DNA of 64,000 nt from an uncultured Acidobacteriota bacterium (lineage in GTDB: Bacteria > Acidobacteriota > Blastocatellia > RBC074): positions 18,587-82,586 of the forward strand of contig CAIOZW010000046.1 in NCBI GenBank assembly GCA_903862855.1, written 5' to 3'. Each line of letters starts with the position of its first letter. Positions within the stretch are counted from its first letter, which is position 1. The notes below the pieces were generated by a model. That model was not told the DNA's origin, ran no database searches, and was given only the letters and a program-made list of their open reading frames with translations. The position numbers were made by a program, and so were the translations under genes. Shown piece by piece: positions 51,936-61,859 of this stretch.

Positions 51936-53567
51936 TCAAGACCGTTCATCACCATTTGACCGTTCCTCAATATTTGCAACAACTGGACCGAAGCCGCCAC
52001 CGCCCGGAGTCTCGATGCAGAGGCGAGTCCCAGCCTCCGCCTCGATCGAGAACTTGCCGGGGAGTGTCTGAAAAGATCGGCCCGGACGCCGGAGACGATT
52101 CAGCCCGCATTTGCCCGGTTCTCCGCCGGAGAGACCATAGGGTGCAAGCTGACGACGGTCGGAGAGGAGCGAGAGACGGGCAGGCGAGAGCAGTTCAATC
52201 TCGCGGATCAGTCCATCACCCCCCCGGTACCGGCCCAGGCCGCCCGAATGGCGGCGGATCTGATAGCGATGAACGAGGAGCGGATAGCTGTACTCGAGCG
52301 CCTCGACCGGGGTATTGAGCGAATTGGTCATATGGGAGTGGACAGCCGAGAGACCATGACTCGCGGGTCCAGCCCCCATTCCCCCGGCAAGCGTTTCGTA
52401 ATAGGCAAACTCTTGTCCAAGACGTGTGTCCCAACCCCCGATGGTCAGATTGTTCATGCTGCCCTGGGAGGCGGCTGGAATTCGATCCGGAAGAGCGCGG
52501 GAGAGGGCAAGTAGCAACACATCGACGATCCGCTGTGAGGTCTCGACATTTCCACCGGCGACTGCAGCCGGTGGAAGGGCGTTGACAATCGTTCCCGGTG
52601 GAGCAATCACTTCGAGCGGACTGAGCAGACCGGCACCGGCGGGGACATCAGCGTCGACCAGACAGCGGAAGACATAGAAGACCGCGGAGACGGTGATCGC
52701 CTCGACGGCATTGAGCGGTCCGGCCACCTGCGGCGAGCTTCCGGTAAAGTCGATGCGTGCCCGGTCGCCGGCGATGGTGATCCGCGCTGCGATGCGCACA
52801 GGCTGTAGACTCTCTCCATCATCATCGAGGTAGTCGATGGCCTCATAATCTCCATCAGGGATACTGGCGAGTGTCCGGCGCATGATGCGTTCGGCATAGG
52901 TGAAGAGATGGGCCGCATAGAGGCTGGTCTCGGCTCGTCCATACCGTTCGACGATCTCGAGAAGCCGCAGCTGTCCGACACGAATCGCCCCAAGCTGGGC
53001 GGCAAAGTCGCCTTCGCGCTCCTCCCGTCCCCGGACATTGGCCAGAAGAAGATCCCACAGATCCTGCACCAGTTCTCCACGCCGAACAAGGCGGACGGGA
53101 GGAATGCGCACTCCCTCCTGGTAGATCTCAGTTGCCGCCCCCATCGACCCCGGGGTCGCCCCGCCAATATCGGCGTGATGGGCACGGTTGGCCACATAGA
53201 AGAGAGGCTGGGTGGCTCCTTCGCTGTAGACTGGTGAAACCATGGTCACATCCGGAAGATGCGTCCCCCCGGCATAAGGGTCATTGAGGACGACGACGTC
53301 GCCGGGCGCGAACGGTCCACTCTCGATCGCCGCTCTGACAGACATGGGCATCGATCCAAGATGGACCGGCATGTGATCTCCCTGGGCAATCAGCCGACCT
53401 TCACGATCGAAGACCGCACAGGAGTAGTCACGCCGCTCCTTGATGTTGGGTGAAAAGGCAGTCCGACGCAGACTGACTCCCATCTCCTCGGCGACTGAGG
53501 TGAAGAGGGATCGAAAAATTTCCAGCTTGATCGAGTCCATTGGCGACGAATGCCTCATCCTGCTCAT
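51936..53567 (-). CDS. hyuB: Hydantoinase B / 5-oxoprolinase B-type subunit (HyuB family).
   Basis: HyuB family core (PDVTMVSPVY..., GGGGFG). Start at ATG 53567 forms an ATGA overlap with the upstream HEAT-repeat gene stop. Confidence 0.8.
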   Translation of the reverse strand: MSRMRHSSPMDSIKLEIFRSLFTSVAEEMGVSLRRTAFSPNIKERRDYSCAVFDREGRLIAQGDHMPVHLGSMPMSVRAAIESGPFAPGDVVVLNDPYAGGTHLPDVTMVSPVYSEGATQPLFYVANRAHHADIGGATPGSMGAATEIYQEGVRIPPVRLVRRGELVQDLWDLLLANVRGREEREGDFAAQLGAIRVGQLRLLEIVERYGRAETSLYAAHLFTYAERIMRRTLASIPDGDYEAIDYLDDDGESLQPVRIAARITIAGDRARIDFTGSSPQVAGPLNAVEAITVSAVFYVFRCLVDADVPAGAGLLSPLEVIAPPGTIVNALPPAAVAGGNVETSQRIVDVLLLALSRALPDRIPAASQGSMNNLTIGGWDTRLGQEFAYYETLAGGMGAGPASHGLSAVHSHMTNSLNTPVEALEYSYPLLVHRYQIRRHSGGLGRYRGGDGLIREIELLSPARLSLLSDRRQLAPYGLSGGEPGKCGLNRLRRPGRSFQTLPGKFSIEAEAGTRLCIETPGGGGFGPVVANIEERSNGDERS

Positions 53568-54460
53568 TTGACCAACGATTGAAGTATGAGTTGGGCCGCC
53601 TCGCGAACCCGCTGGTTCGCATCTGCGGCGGCAATCTCCTCGAGCATTGGTCGAACCTCCCCCTTCTTCCATTGAGCCAGCCACTCCATTGCCCTGATCC
53701 GCAGTTGTGGTGTTCCCTGTTTCCGGGCGATCCCGACCAGTTCGTGATATCCGTTCCGGGTCTTCTCGAGTTCGGCGACCGTTTCGATGACAATCGACTT
53801 CAACTGCGGCTCAGTGTAATCGGCAAAGGTGGTAAGAAAACCGATGCTCTTCCTCGAAAAACGGACATCGCGCAGCTGATTGACCATGAGGATCGCCTGA
53901 CAGCGAACACGGAGGTCATCACGATCAAGAATGCTCTGCATCCCGGGGTTGGCCATGAGGTTAAGAACGGTATTGCTGGCCTGGTAGACCTGGAGCGAGG
54001 CCAGGGTGCGTGTCAGAACAAATCGAACTCGCCAGTCCGGATCACGGGCAAGGCGGATGAGGGAGTCGACCAGTGGATCGGAGGCACTTTCGAGAGGCTG
54101 CGGCGGCGGGGCGACCCGCAGGTCGCGCAGCTGCCCGATCGCGACGATCGCTGCCCTGCGTATCTCCGGATCGTCGTCGGCGAGAACTCCTGTCACCGCC
54201 TCAAGTCCGGCCGGGTGGCAGAGTCGGGCGAGGCCATCGATCGCTTCGCGCCTCCGGAGTGGCGCCGTGGACTTCAACCCGGCCAAGGCCTCGGCAATCC
54301 GCTTCTCGGCTCCCGCGACCGGCCGACAAGGCTCAATGAGCGGCCGCGCGCGAATCTCAAGCTCCTCTGCGTCGTAACGCTGTGCGAGGACTGGCACGGA
54401 AAGGATCGATCCCCAGATCGTCAGCAGCAGGAGATATGCCGGGAGCTGCAGCTTTTTCAT
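53564..54460 (-). CDS. Secreted HEAT-repeat protein (PBS-lyase-like HEAT repeats).
   Basis: Signal peptide. Repeated DxxxxVRxxAxxALGxL HEAT-like units (DDDPEIRRAAIVAIGQL, DPDWRVRFVLTRTLASL). Confidence 0.6.
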   Translation of the reverse strand: MKKLQLPAYLLLLTIWGSILSVPVLAQRYDAEELEIRARPLIEPCRPVAGAEKRIAEALAGLKSTAPLRRREAIDGLARLCHPAGLEAVTGVLADDDPEIRRAAIVAIGQLRDLRVAPPPQPLESASDPLVDSLIRLARDPDWRVRFVLTRTLASLQVYQASNTVLNLMANPGMQSILDRDDLRVRCQAILMVNQLRDVRFSRKSIGFLTTFADYTEPQLKSIVIETVAELEKTRNGYHELVGIARKQGTPQLRIRAMEWLAQWKKGEVRPMLEEIAAADANQRVREAAQLILQSLVK

Positions 54461-54471
54461 GTCAACCTCAC

Positions 54472-55890
54472 TCAGACTGCCTTATCGGGATTTTGCGGGG
54501 TGAGTAGCTTGAGCGCCCGCGCATTATGCCCGAGGGCAATGACAATATCGCTGATGAATTTGTCACCCAGACTGCGCCGGAGCAATCCCCAGTCCATCCC
54601 GCGCAGCTTGGTGAGGCTTTCGTACATGGACTGGGCGCCGTAGGAGATGCGTCGCTCCTGCGCCGGCGTGAAGGTGACCAGCTCGTTGAGACGGGCGTAA
54701 TTGATGGCCTCGAACGCATGGCCGTACAGTTTGACGAGCGCCCGGGTCGTGAAGGCCTCGACCAGGTAGGATGCCGCACCGGCCGCCTCCTTCGTGTACT
54801 CATTCTGGATGGCCACGGCGTCACTCGTCAGCCGGTAGGTCAGAAGATCCATCATCTGCTTGACCCTTTGCGGCAGATCATTGTTACGGTAACCGTGCCT
54901 GAGTCCTGCCAGGAATCCATAGACCGAGTGAAGGCCGAAACAGCTATACTTCTTGATCTCGTTCCTGAACCCGGCCGGCGCCTCCCCGCCCTGCATGATC
55001 TGTTGCTCCCCAAGTGCGCAGGTGCTCTCATACTCTGCCAGACTCTGGTCGATGATCGCGGCAAGATCGATCTTTTCGTTCCAGGCATTTTTCCAGGAGG
55101 TCACGGCACCTGCCCCCGTCGCCGGATGGAGAACCGAGAAGGCGATCATGCCCCAGGGGAGATGCTCGTGAACAAGCTCTCCGCGCTGGTCTGCTACCTG
55201 GCCCGGCGCAACCTGCCGTTTATTCTGATAGCTCAGGTCATAGCGAAACTGGTCGTCGTCGAACCTGAAGAGATTCTGCGGATCACAACGAAAGAGCGCC
55301 TTTGCTCCGTCGACCACGTCACGCATGGTATAGCGTCGGTCACCAACCTGGACCGGCTGTTCGAGCGAGACTCCAGCCTCGAGGAAGGTCTTCAGAAAGC
55401 TGTTCTCGTGAACCTCCGCTTCACGCTTGAAGAAGACGTAACGGCGACCATTGACCTCACGATCGACCGCGTATCGTGTGCAGAGGTGCTCGACGCCATT
55501 CGTCCCATCGGCAAGCTGGAATCCCTTTCCAAAACCGCGAATGGCATGGATGATTGCCGATGGATTGTTCAGCTCGTGCGTGTAGAAGCGCAGCATATCA
55601 TCGCAGGCCGCCAGCGCATTCCCGGCATCAGCCGTTAGCAGCAGTGGGGGCAGATTTTTACCGGTTCCCGCAGCCGGTCGGGTCGGTGCAGTCGAGCCCT
55701 TCTTCTCATTTCGGGAGGCATACCATCCGGCAACCCCTGCTCCGACCAGCGCAACCGATCCGACCCCGGCCCAGATCAGCTGTCGCCGTCCCTGGTCTGC
55801 CTGATCGCCTGATCTGCGCCTCCCACGGTCACCAGCCTTTTTCACAACACCCTTTTGTCTGCCCTGTCCAATCTGCTTGTCACTCATCAT
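54472..55890 (-). CDS. Hypothetical membrane-anchored/periplasmic protein (basic N-tail, one TM or TAT-like RRQLIWAG segment). Unknown function, located inside the hydantoinase operon.
   Basis: 472 aa. No recognisable family. 11 nt from the downstream HEAT gene. Confidence 0.45.
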   Translation of the reverse strand: MMSDKQIGQGRQKGVVKKAGDRGRRRSGDQADQGRRQLIWAGVGSVALVGAGVAGWYASRNEKKGSTAPTRPAAGTGKNLPPLLLTADAGNALAACDDMLRFYTHELNNPSAIIHAIRGFGKGFQLADGTNGVEHLCTRYAVDREVNGRRYVFFKREAEVHENSFLKTFLEAGVSLEQPVQVGDRRYTMRDVVDGAKALFRCDPQNLFRFDDDQFRYDLSYQNKRQVAPGQVADQRGELVHEHLPWGMIAFSVLHPATGAGAVTSWKNAWNEKIDLAAIIDQSLAEYESTCALGEQQIMQGGEAPAGFRNEIKKYSCFGLHSVYGFLAGLRHGYRNNDLPQRVKQMMDLLTYRLTSDAVAIQNEYTKEAAGAASYLVEAFTTRALVKLYGHAFEAINYARLNELVTFTPAQERRISYGAQSMYESLTKLRGMDWGLLRRSLGDKFISDIVIALGHNARALKLLTPQNPDKAV

Positions 55891-56146
55891 CTTCCCCTGA
55901 TCCGATTATGAAACAAACTGTTACGATTTGCGCCTGCGCTGCGCGAGGTCGGGGATGCTCATCCGCTCGACCCGCCGGCAGCCTGACGCAGCTCGCCTGC
56001 ATCCTCGCCAGCCCTCTGATACGCCGCGGGTATCGACTCCGCGCCGGCCAGGCTCCGACCCGGCACAGATTACCACAACTCTCTCGCCCGAACACTGGTC
56101 AGGCAATGACCCGCCTGCTTCGCACGCCTCTCTCGCCTCAAACCTG

Positions 56147-58201
56147 TCATGACGCTGAACGCGAGATGATCAGGTTACCATATCGGTCGACAACCATCCC
56201 CCATCCGGTGGGAAGCAGAGTGGTCGATCCATACTCGACGATGATCGCCGGTCGACTGATCTCGTCTCCAGGATGGAGACTTGAACGATCATAGACCGGC
56301 AGAACGGTCGATCGGCGCCCAAGCCAGACGCGGGATGTTCCGGCCGGTTGGAGCCCTGAACCGGCGCGGCGCGGTCGCGCTGGCCGAAGTGGCGGCTTCT
56401 CGGTTATTCCAATGGCCCGCAGGCGCAGACTGACAATTTCGCTGCTTCTTGCCGGATTGGCATGACCGTAACGCTCCCGGTGGAGCCGGTGAAAAGTCTC
56501 CACCGGATTGCCGGCCGCCGGAACCAGCAGTTCATAGGACTGGCCCCGATAACGCATGGCCTGAAAGCGCTCCAGCCTCATCCGTGCCGAGTCGAACCCT
56601 TCCTGTCTCAATGCCTCAATGGCCTGCCTCTCCAGATCGGCAAAACCCTTCGCTGCAGCCAACTCGACCTCTCGGCCCACTCCCGATGCCTCCAGTGGCA
56701 GCATGACCGTCCGCGAAAAGTCCTTGACGACATCCGCCAGTAGAACGCCGAGCGCCGAAAATGCCCCCGGATCGGCGGGGATGAGGACCTGCGGAATACG
56801 GAGCGACTCGGCAAGGGCGACTGCGTGCAGCCCCCCACTCCCGCCAAATCCGACCAGCGTGAAGAGTCGCGGATCGTGTCCCCGTTCGACCGAGACCAGC
56901 CTGAGCGCCCTCTCCATGTTGGCATTGGCAATGCGCACCACACCCAGCGCCGCCTCGACCACCCCGATGCGACGCCCCGCAACCTCGCTCAAACGATCGG
57001 CCAGCCCCTGCAGCGCCTCCCGGGCTCTCGATTCATCAAGAACCATTCCACCATTGAGCAGCCCACCTCCGGCCAGCCTTCCCAGAATCAGATTGGCATC
57101 GGTCACGGTCGGCAGGCTCCCCCGACCATAGGCGGCCGGTCCCGGATCGGCCCCAGCCGACTCCGGGCCAACCCGCAGAGCCTGCCCCTCATCCACTCTC
57201 GCAATCGATCCGCCTCCTGCGCCGACCGTGTGAATATCGAGCACCGGTACGGCGACGGGGAGACCTGCGACCTGGGCTTCACTGGTCGTCGGGGCCTCTC
57301 CCAGACAGACCGCAACATCGGTCGATGTTCCACCCATATCGAATGTGATCAACCGGGAGATCCCGGCCAGCTTCGCGATCCTGGTCGCCGCCACCACGCC
57401 GCCTGCCGGACCGGAAAGGATCGTCCGGACCGGTTCCCGCGCCGCAACCTCGGCCGAAATAGATCCTCCCGACGACTGCATCACCCGAAGCCCTACTCTG
57501 CCCCCTCGACCATAATCGGTCAACCCATCTGCCAGTCGACCAAGGTATCGACTCATCCGTGGCGCGAGATAGGCATTGATCGCCAACGTCGAGACACGCT
57601 CATATTCACGATACTCGGGCAGTATTCGATTCGATACCGAGACAGGAATTCCAAGCTCACCGAGGCGCGTTGCAACCCGCTCCTCGTGCTCCGGATTGAC
57701 AAATGAGAAGAGCAGCGAGATGGCCACCGACTCGACGCGCGCCCGCCGCAATCTCTCCAGCAGACGCTCCAGTCCATCCTCTGACAGAGATCGATGTACC
57801 CTCCCATCCGCAAGGACCCTCTCCTGCACCCCAAACCTGAGCGGACCCGGTATCAGTGGATCTCGAACTCCCCGTGAATCTCTTCCCCGCCCCGTCAGAC
57901 TGTATGGCTCAGGCCGCGCCTGCCGACCGATCTCCAGCACATCCTCAAAGCCCTCCGTCGTTACCAGCGCGGTCCTGGCCCCCTTTCTCTCAAGCAGGGC
58001 ATTGGTCGCCACCGTCGTTCCGTGGACTACCTCTTTGAGTCCGGTTTCCACCCCACCACTGATCGCCGCAGCGATCCCGGCGAGGATCGCCCGCTCCGGC
58101 TCCTCCGGGGTCGAGGGGATCTTGAAGGCCCGCCGATGTCCTCCTTCCAGAACTACGAAATCGGTGAAGGTACCTCCCGTGTCGACCCCAATCCTTATCA
58201 T
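56147..58201 (-). CDS. hyuA: Hydantoinase A / 5-oxoprolinase A-type subunit (HyuA family).
   Basis: MIRIGVDTGGTFTDFVVL N-terminal ASKHA-fold motif. Start trimmed to ATG 58201, with GGAGAGG SD 7 nt upstream. Confidence 0.8.
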   Translation of the reverse strand: MIRIGVDTGGTFTDFVVLEGGHRRAFKIPSTPEEPERAILAGIAAAISGGVETGLKEVVHGTTVATNALLERKGARTALVTTEGFEDVLEIGRQARPEPYSLTGRGRDSRGVRDPLIPGPLRFGVQERVLADGRVHRSLSEDGLERLLERLRRARVESVAISLLFSFVNPEHEERVATRLGELGIPVSVSNRILPEYREYERVSTLAINAYLAPRMSRYLGRLADGLTDYGRGGRVGLRVMQSSGGSISAEVAAREPVRTILSGPAGGVVAATRIAKLAGISRLITFDMGGTSTDVAVCLGEAPTTSEAQVAGLPVAVPVLDIHTVGAGGGSIARVDEGQALRVGPESAGADPGPAAYGRGSLPTVTDANLILGRLAGGGLLNGGMVLDESRAREALQGLADRLSEVAGRRIGVVEAALGVVRIANANMERALRLVSVERGHDPRLFTLVGFGGSGGLHAVALAESLRIPQVLIPADPGAFSALGVLLADVVKDFSRTVMLPLEASGVGREVELAAAKGFADLERQAIEALRQEGFDSARMRLERFQAMRYRGQSYELLVPAAGNPVETFHRLHRERYGHANPARSSEIVSLRLRAIGITEKPPLRPARPRRAGSGLQPAGTSRVWLGRRSTVLPVYDRSSLHPGDEISRPAIIVEYGSTTLLPTGWGMVVDRYGNLIISRSAS

Positions 58202-58286
58202 TCCGTGCCTCTCCCGTCGCCCCATTCTTCTCAATCCCCATCTCGATGATTTTGTCCCGGAACCGTTCACGGCTCCTCCCTGAGTC

Positions 58287-58304
58287 TAGAGACGATTGTC
58301 TCTA
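58287..58304. promoter_or_regulatory. Palindromic hairpin/operator candidate upstream of hyuA.
   Basis: tagagac-gatt-gtctcta 7 bp inverted repeat, 85 nt upstream of the hyuA start, in a 580 bp lower-GC divergent region. Confidence 0.25.
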
Positions 58305-58850
58305 CACATAATCGTCTTTATACCCGCTTGTCACCAAACTCCCAAACCACCCCCTGAACCGAACCTGGAAAATAATCTGAAACATTCTGACTCCCGATGC
58401 GTTGACAAGTCTGGGTCAATTTGATGCGCTCGGGACGAAAGTTGTTCTCACTGGGGAATTTTCGACGAGCGCATTGGCCTCACCTTTCTAAAAAGGCGTT
58501 TTTAATGTTGCTGCCAATGCGCATTCAGGTTTTCGATAACCCGAGCGAAGTGCCTGCACCGGCAACCGAGGGTTGTTGTGACAAGAACCACTTGAACGAT
58601 CTGGCCCTTGTGCACCAGATTCTTGAACTCCGGGGTACGAATCTTTTTCTACTGGAATTTTTTGATAACTGAGAGCGCATTGAGAATACTCATCAGACGA
58701 TTCCACTCGATCTTCGGCACACTCTGCCTCGACAAGGATCTTCCCGGGGGAGGCTCCGCCACCCGTCATCTGTCCACCATCACCCGGAAGTTCTTCACTA
58801 AATCACCAACCCCCACAGACAACATCTGTACCTTTTGACTCAGTTTTCCG

Positions 58851-59405
58851 ATGATTCAATACCACTCAACGATATTGGCCGGATTCACCGGTTTGTTGAT
58901 CGGCCTGAGCGCGCTTCAGGATGCAGGCCCTCGCCCTGCAGTCTTCACTACACCACCCCAGCGAATCGCGATTCGCTTCGCCGGTGAGCCGCCAGGCTAT
59001 CAGAATTACGATGGCCAGGTCACGCTGACCCTTCTCGAGGCAGGCAGTGATGATACTCTTCGTGCACTCCTGGTCCTGACTCTCCCTCCCGGAGAACGGC
59101 AACGTCTTGTGAAGCGTGGCCTCGAGCTGCCCGAAACGATCCATCGCGAGGAGCTGCGGCTGAACTGGCGCCGAGGAACATCCTGTCCGGACATCGATCT
59201 TGATCTGCCGGCGGTCAAATTTACCGGACAAGGCAGAGAGATGTCGACCGAACCAACCCGAGTGCGAATCGATGTCTCATTGCGAACGGTCGAGACCCTG
59301 CCCCAGCTGCTCTGCAGTTGGACGAGGCAGATCAACTCGCGCCGACCACGGCTGGGGATCGTCATGGCCATCAATCGTCTCCTCATCCCTGATGGTGGAG
59401 ACTGA
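58851..59405 (+). CDS. Secreted hypothetical protein, paralogue of the next gene.
   Basis: Signal peptide. Shares RP.V(F/Y)TT.P, the SDDT block and the C-terminal WTRQIN motif with 59615-60229. Confidence 0.5.
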   Translation: MIQYHSTILAGFTGLLIGLSALQDAGPRPAVFTTPPQRIAIRFAGEPPGYQNYDGQVTLTLLEAGSDDTLRALLVLTLPPGERQRLVKRGLELPETIHREELRLNWRRGTSCPDIDLDLPAVKFTGQGREMSTEPTRVRIDVSLRTVETLPQLLCSWTRQINSRRPRLGIVMAINRLLIPDGGD

Positions 59406-59614
59406 TCGATCCGGCTCCTGATCCCACCGGATCCATTATGGTGCATTTTGGGGTTTGAATTTCTTTCGTGGAATTCGTATCCTAAGTTTTTGTGGCAGGG
59501 CGGTAAGTTCTTTTGAGCTGACCGTCATCATTTGACAAGTGGATCATAAGAAACGCCACAGGCAATAAAATTCTGATTTCAACCAACGATTCGATTATGG
59601 AGGCAAGCTTAGAA

Positions 59615-60229
59615 ATGAAAATGTCAACCATCAGATTGACCGCCAGCGCCATCACCCTCGCGATTGGCCTTCTCGCCTTGACGGGTTTTGTCGCCCCGGC
59701 AATGGCCCAGGATGACCAACCACGCCCGGTCGCATACACTACCGCACCGAAGCTGGTCATCGCCAAGATCCGCAGTGGTGACGCCGATGTCTATGATGTG
59801 CGCGGCAAGGTGACCTTCACCGTCACGGCCGCCAACAGTGATGATACGATCGCCGGGACCCTCAACTATACGATCCCGGACGATGCGCGACAGAAAATAT
59901 CACAGTTGACCGGTCGTCCGCTCAACACCATCAAGTCGACGCTGACCCAGCCGGGTGTGGTGGCCAACTTCCAGAAAGGAACCGGTGCACCACTGATCCA
60001 TCTCGAGATCAGTCCATTCGACAGCGATGTCAACGGGGCCAAACTCCGTTTCAACCGCATCGTCGTCGATATTAACGGTCGCCAGGGTGGTCCGACGATC
60101 AGGAAGTACACCAATGAGGAGATCGAGGTTCTCTTCACGGTCTGGACTCGGCAGATCAACAACGGTCGCCAGGCGCGTGGCGTGATTGCCCGCCTCAATC
60201 GGGCAATCAACGGTGAGGCAGACCAGTAG
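59615..60229 (+). CDS. Secreted hypothetical protein, tandem paralogue of 58851-59405.
   Basis: Signal peptide MKMSTIRLTASAITLAIGLLALTGFVAPAMA. Conserved ...FTVWTRQINNGRQARGVIARLNRAI C-terminal block. GGAGG lies upstream of ATG 59615. Confidence 0.5.
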   Translation: MKMSTIRLTASAITLAIGLLALTGFVAPAMAQDDQPRPVAYTTAPKLVIAKIRSGDADVYDVRGKVTFTVTAANSDDTIAGTLNYTIPDDARQKISQLTGRPLNTIKSTLTQPGVVANFQKGTGAPLIHLEISPFDSDVNGAKLRFNRIVVDINGRQGGPTIRKYTNEEIEVLFTVWTRQINNGRQARGVIARLNRAINGEADQ

Positions 60230-60311
60230 GCTGGACCGGCCTTGAGCCGGACCAGACCATTGCTTGATCTGACATAACCTGAGGCGGACCGATTGTCGAG
60301 AGATTGACCCG

Positions 60312-61544
60312 ATGATCGATCCGCCTCATCTCTTTTACTTTCCAGCCCAGGAAAATCCCACTGCCGTGAAAGATCGACTCCAACATCGGGTGAAGAGTTG
60401 CACCTCGCTGATCTTGAGGGTGGCTCTTCTAATGGTCTGCGCTGGAGGTGGAGTCTGGAATCGAGCCCAGGCCCTCGGGAATGGAGTCGTCGCCGAGGTT
60501 CGGCCAGCAGGCCGGCAGCTGGTGCTCGAGGTGACCAATGAAGGGCGGAAAAGAGTTCTCCAGATTGTGCTCTCCCTTGGATCTGAGAGTGAAATGCGCG
60601 AAATCGGACAGGCAGTGCTGACGATCCTGCCCGATCAGTCACTGAGCCTTCTCCTCGACGGGCTGAGCTGGAATAGTGGGAGCGAAAATCGCTACGTTCT
60701 CGCCGTCTATGAGATCTCGGGGGTGAATGAGAGGACGGGACGGAGTCTCATCATCTACCGCCACGCCACTCTCCGCCAGAACAGCGACCCGGCGCCCGGC
60801 AACAGACTTGCACTCAATCCGATCCAGCGGAATGGCCGAACGACTGAATCCAGTGATCTCTCCATTACCCGCCCTGAAACATCCCCACAACCCATTCGGC
60901 AATTCGAGACCTTTGTTCCTCCACCCCCGGTCCAGCTCCAGGCACAACTTCTTTCCAACCCGGGAAATCCTGTCGGGGCGATCCTCTCGATCGATCTCCA
61001 GGCCGAACGCCCGATCGAGAAGGCAACTCTTGAGATCTCATACCGTAAATATCGCGACAGCAAACCCGTCAACATCGAGCGGAATCTGAATCTGGGCTTC
61101 GAGCTACCAGACAATTTTGCCGATGATGAGGGTGAGCCATCCGTCCACTACCGGCTTCTCGACCGTGATCGAAGCCTGCTGATCGAGGGTGATCTACCGG
61201 TGAGTGGACTGACTGAGGTAGAGCAGATCGGGCTGAAAGACCTGCAGACCGATCAGCCAAGCTACCGGCCGGGTGACCAGGTCAGGATCACCATCTTCAC
61301 CGAGGGAAGCACGCGTCACGGGATCAACATCGAGCTGGCGATCCGCAACGAGAAGGGTGAGTTCTTCCATCGGGATCAGCGGCTTATCCCCCCCAACGGC
61401 CAGGATCAGGCCCCAATCTTCATTTTTCTCATTCCGGCATCCATCAAGGGCCCTCTGACCATCGAATACCAGCTTCTCGACCCTCGCCAGGGTCGACTGC
61501 ACGATGCGGGACAACGGGAGCTGGTGATCCGCGAAGAGATGTAG
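60312..61544 (+). CDS. Hypothetical secreted protein with a C-terminal alpha-2-macroglobulin MG2-like domain.
   Basis: QTDQPSYRPGDQVRITIF resembles the MG-domain DKPIY(R/K)PG(E/Q)TV.F signature. N-terminal hydrophobic segment. Start uncertain. Confidence 0.4.
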   Translation: MIDPPHLFYFPAQENPTAVKDRLQHRVKSCTSLILRVALLMVCAGGGVWNRAQALGNGVVAEVRPAGRQLVLEVTNEGRKRVLQIVLSLGSESEMREIGQAVLTILPDQSLSLLLDGLSWNSGSENRYVLAVYEISGVNERTGRSLIIYRHATLRQNSDPAPGNRLALNPIQRNGRTTESSDLSITRPETSPQPIRQFETFVPPPPVQLQAQLLSNPGNPVGAILSIDLQAERPIEKATLEISYRKYRDSKPVNIERNLNLGFELPDNFADDEGEPSVHYRLLDRDRSLLIEGDLPVSGLTEVEQIGLKDLQTDQPSYRPGDQVRITIFTEGSTRHGINIELAIRNEKGEFFHRDQRLIPPNGQDQAPIFIFLIPASIKGPLTIEYQLLDPRQGRLHDAGQRELVIREEM

Positions 61545-61859
61545 CCTCCCGAGCCATGGCGGGTCGGGAACACTGTTCGATCAACTTTATTTGACTCCCC
61601 GCAGTGAGTCGACAAAATTGACCCGACCGTGTGCTACAATGCCTTTGCAGTTATCCCCGAGCCATCGATGCCCATCCTGCTGGTCCAACCCGGCGGGAGC
61701 CGCTTCCAGACAGGCTTCTCTGCTCACCGGGCTCCCCAAGTCCGGCCGATCAGGGAGAATGGACGGCGCAGTTATTCTCCGATGACCCGGAGGCTTTTTA
61801 CGGCCTCCGCATTTGAAGATCGAGCCAACCTTGAGTGGCCCAGTTCGCAGGAGATTGAG

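Noticed and set aside
58421-58672. 83 aa plus-strand ORF in the hyuA upstream region.
   Set aside because: Low-GC intergenic region, no RBS, no recognisable domain.
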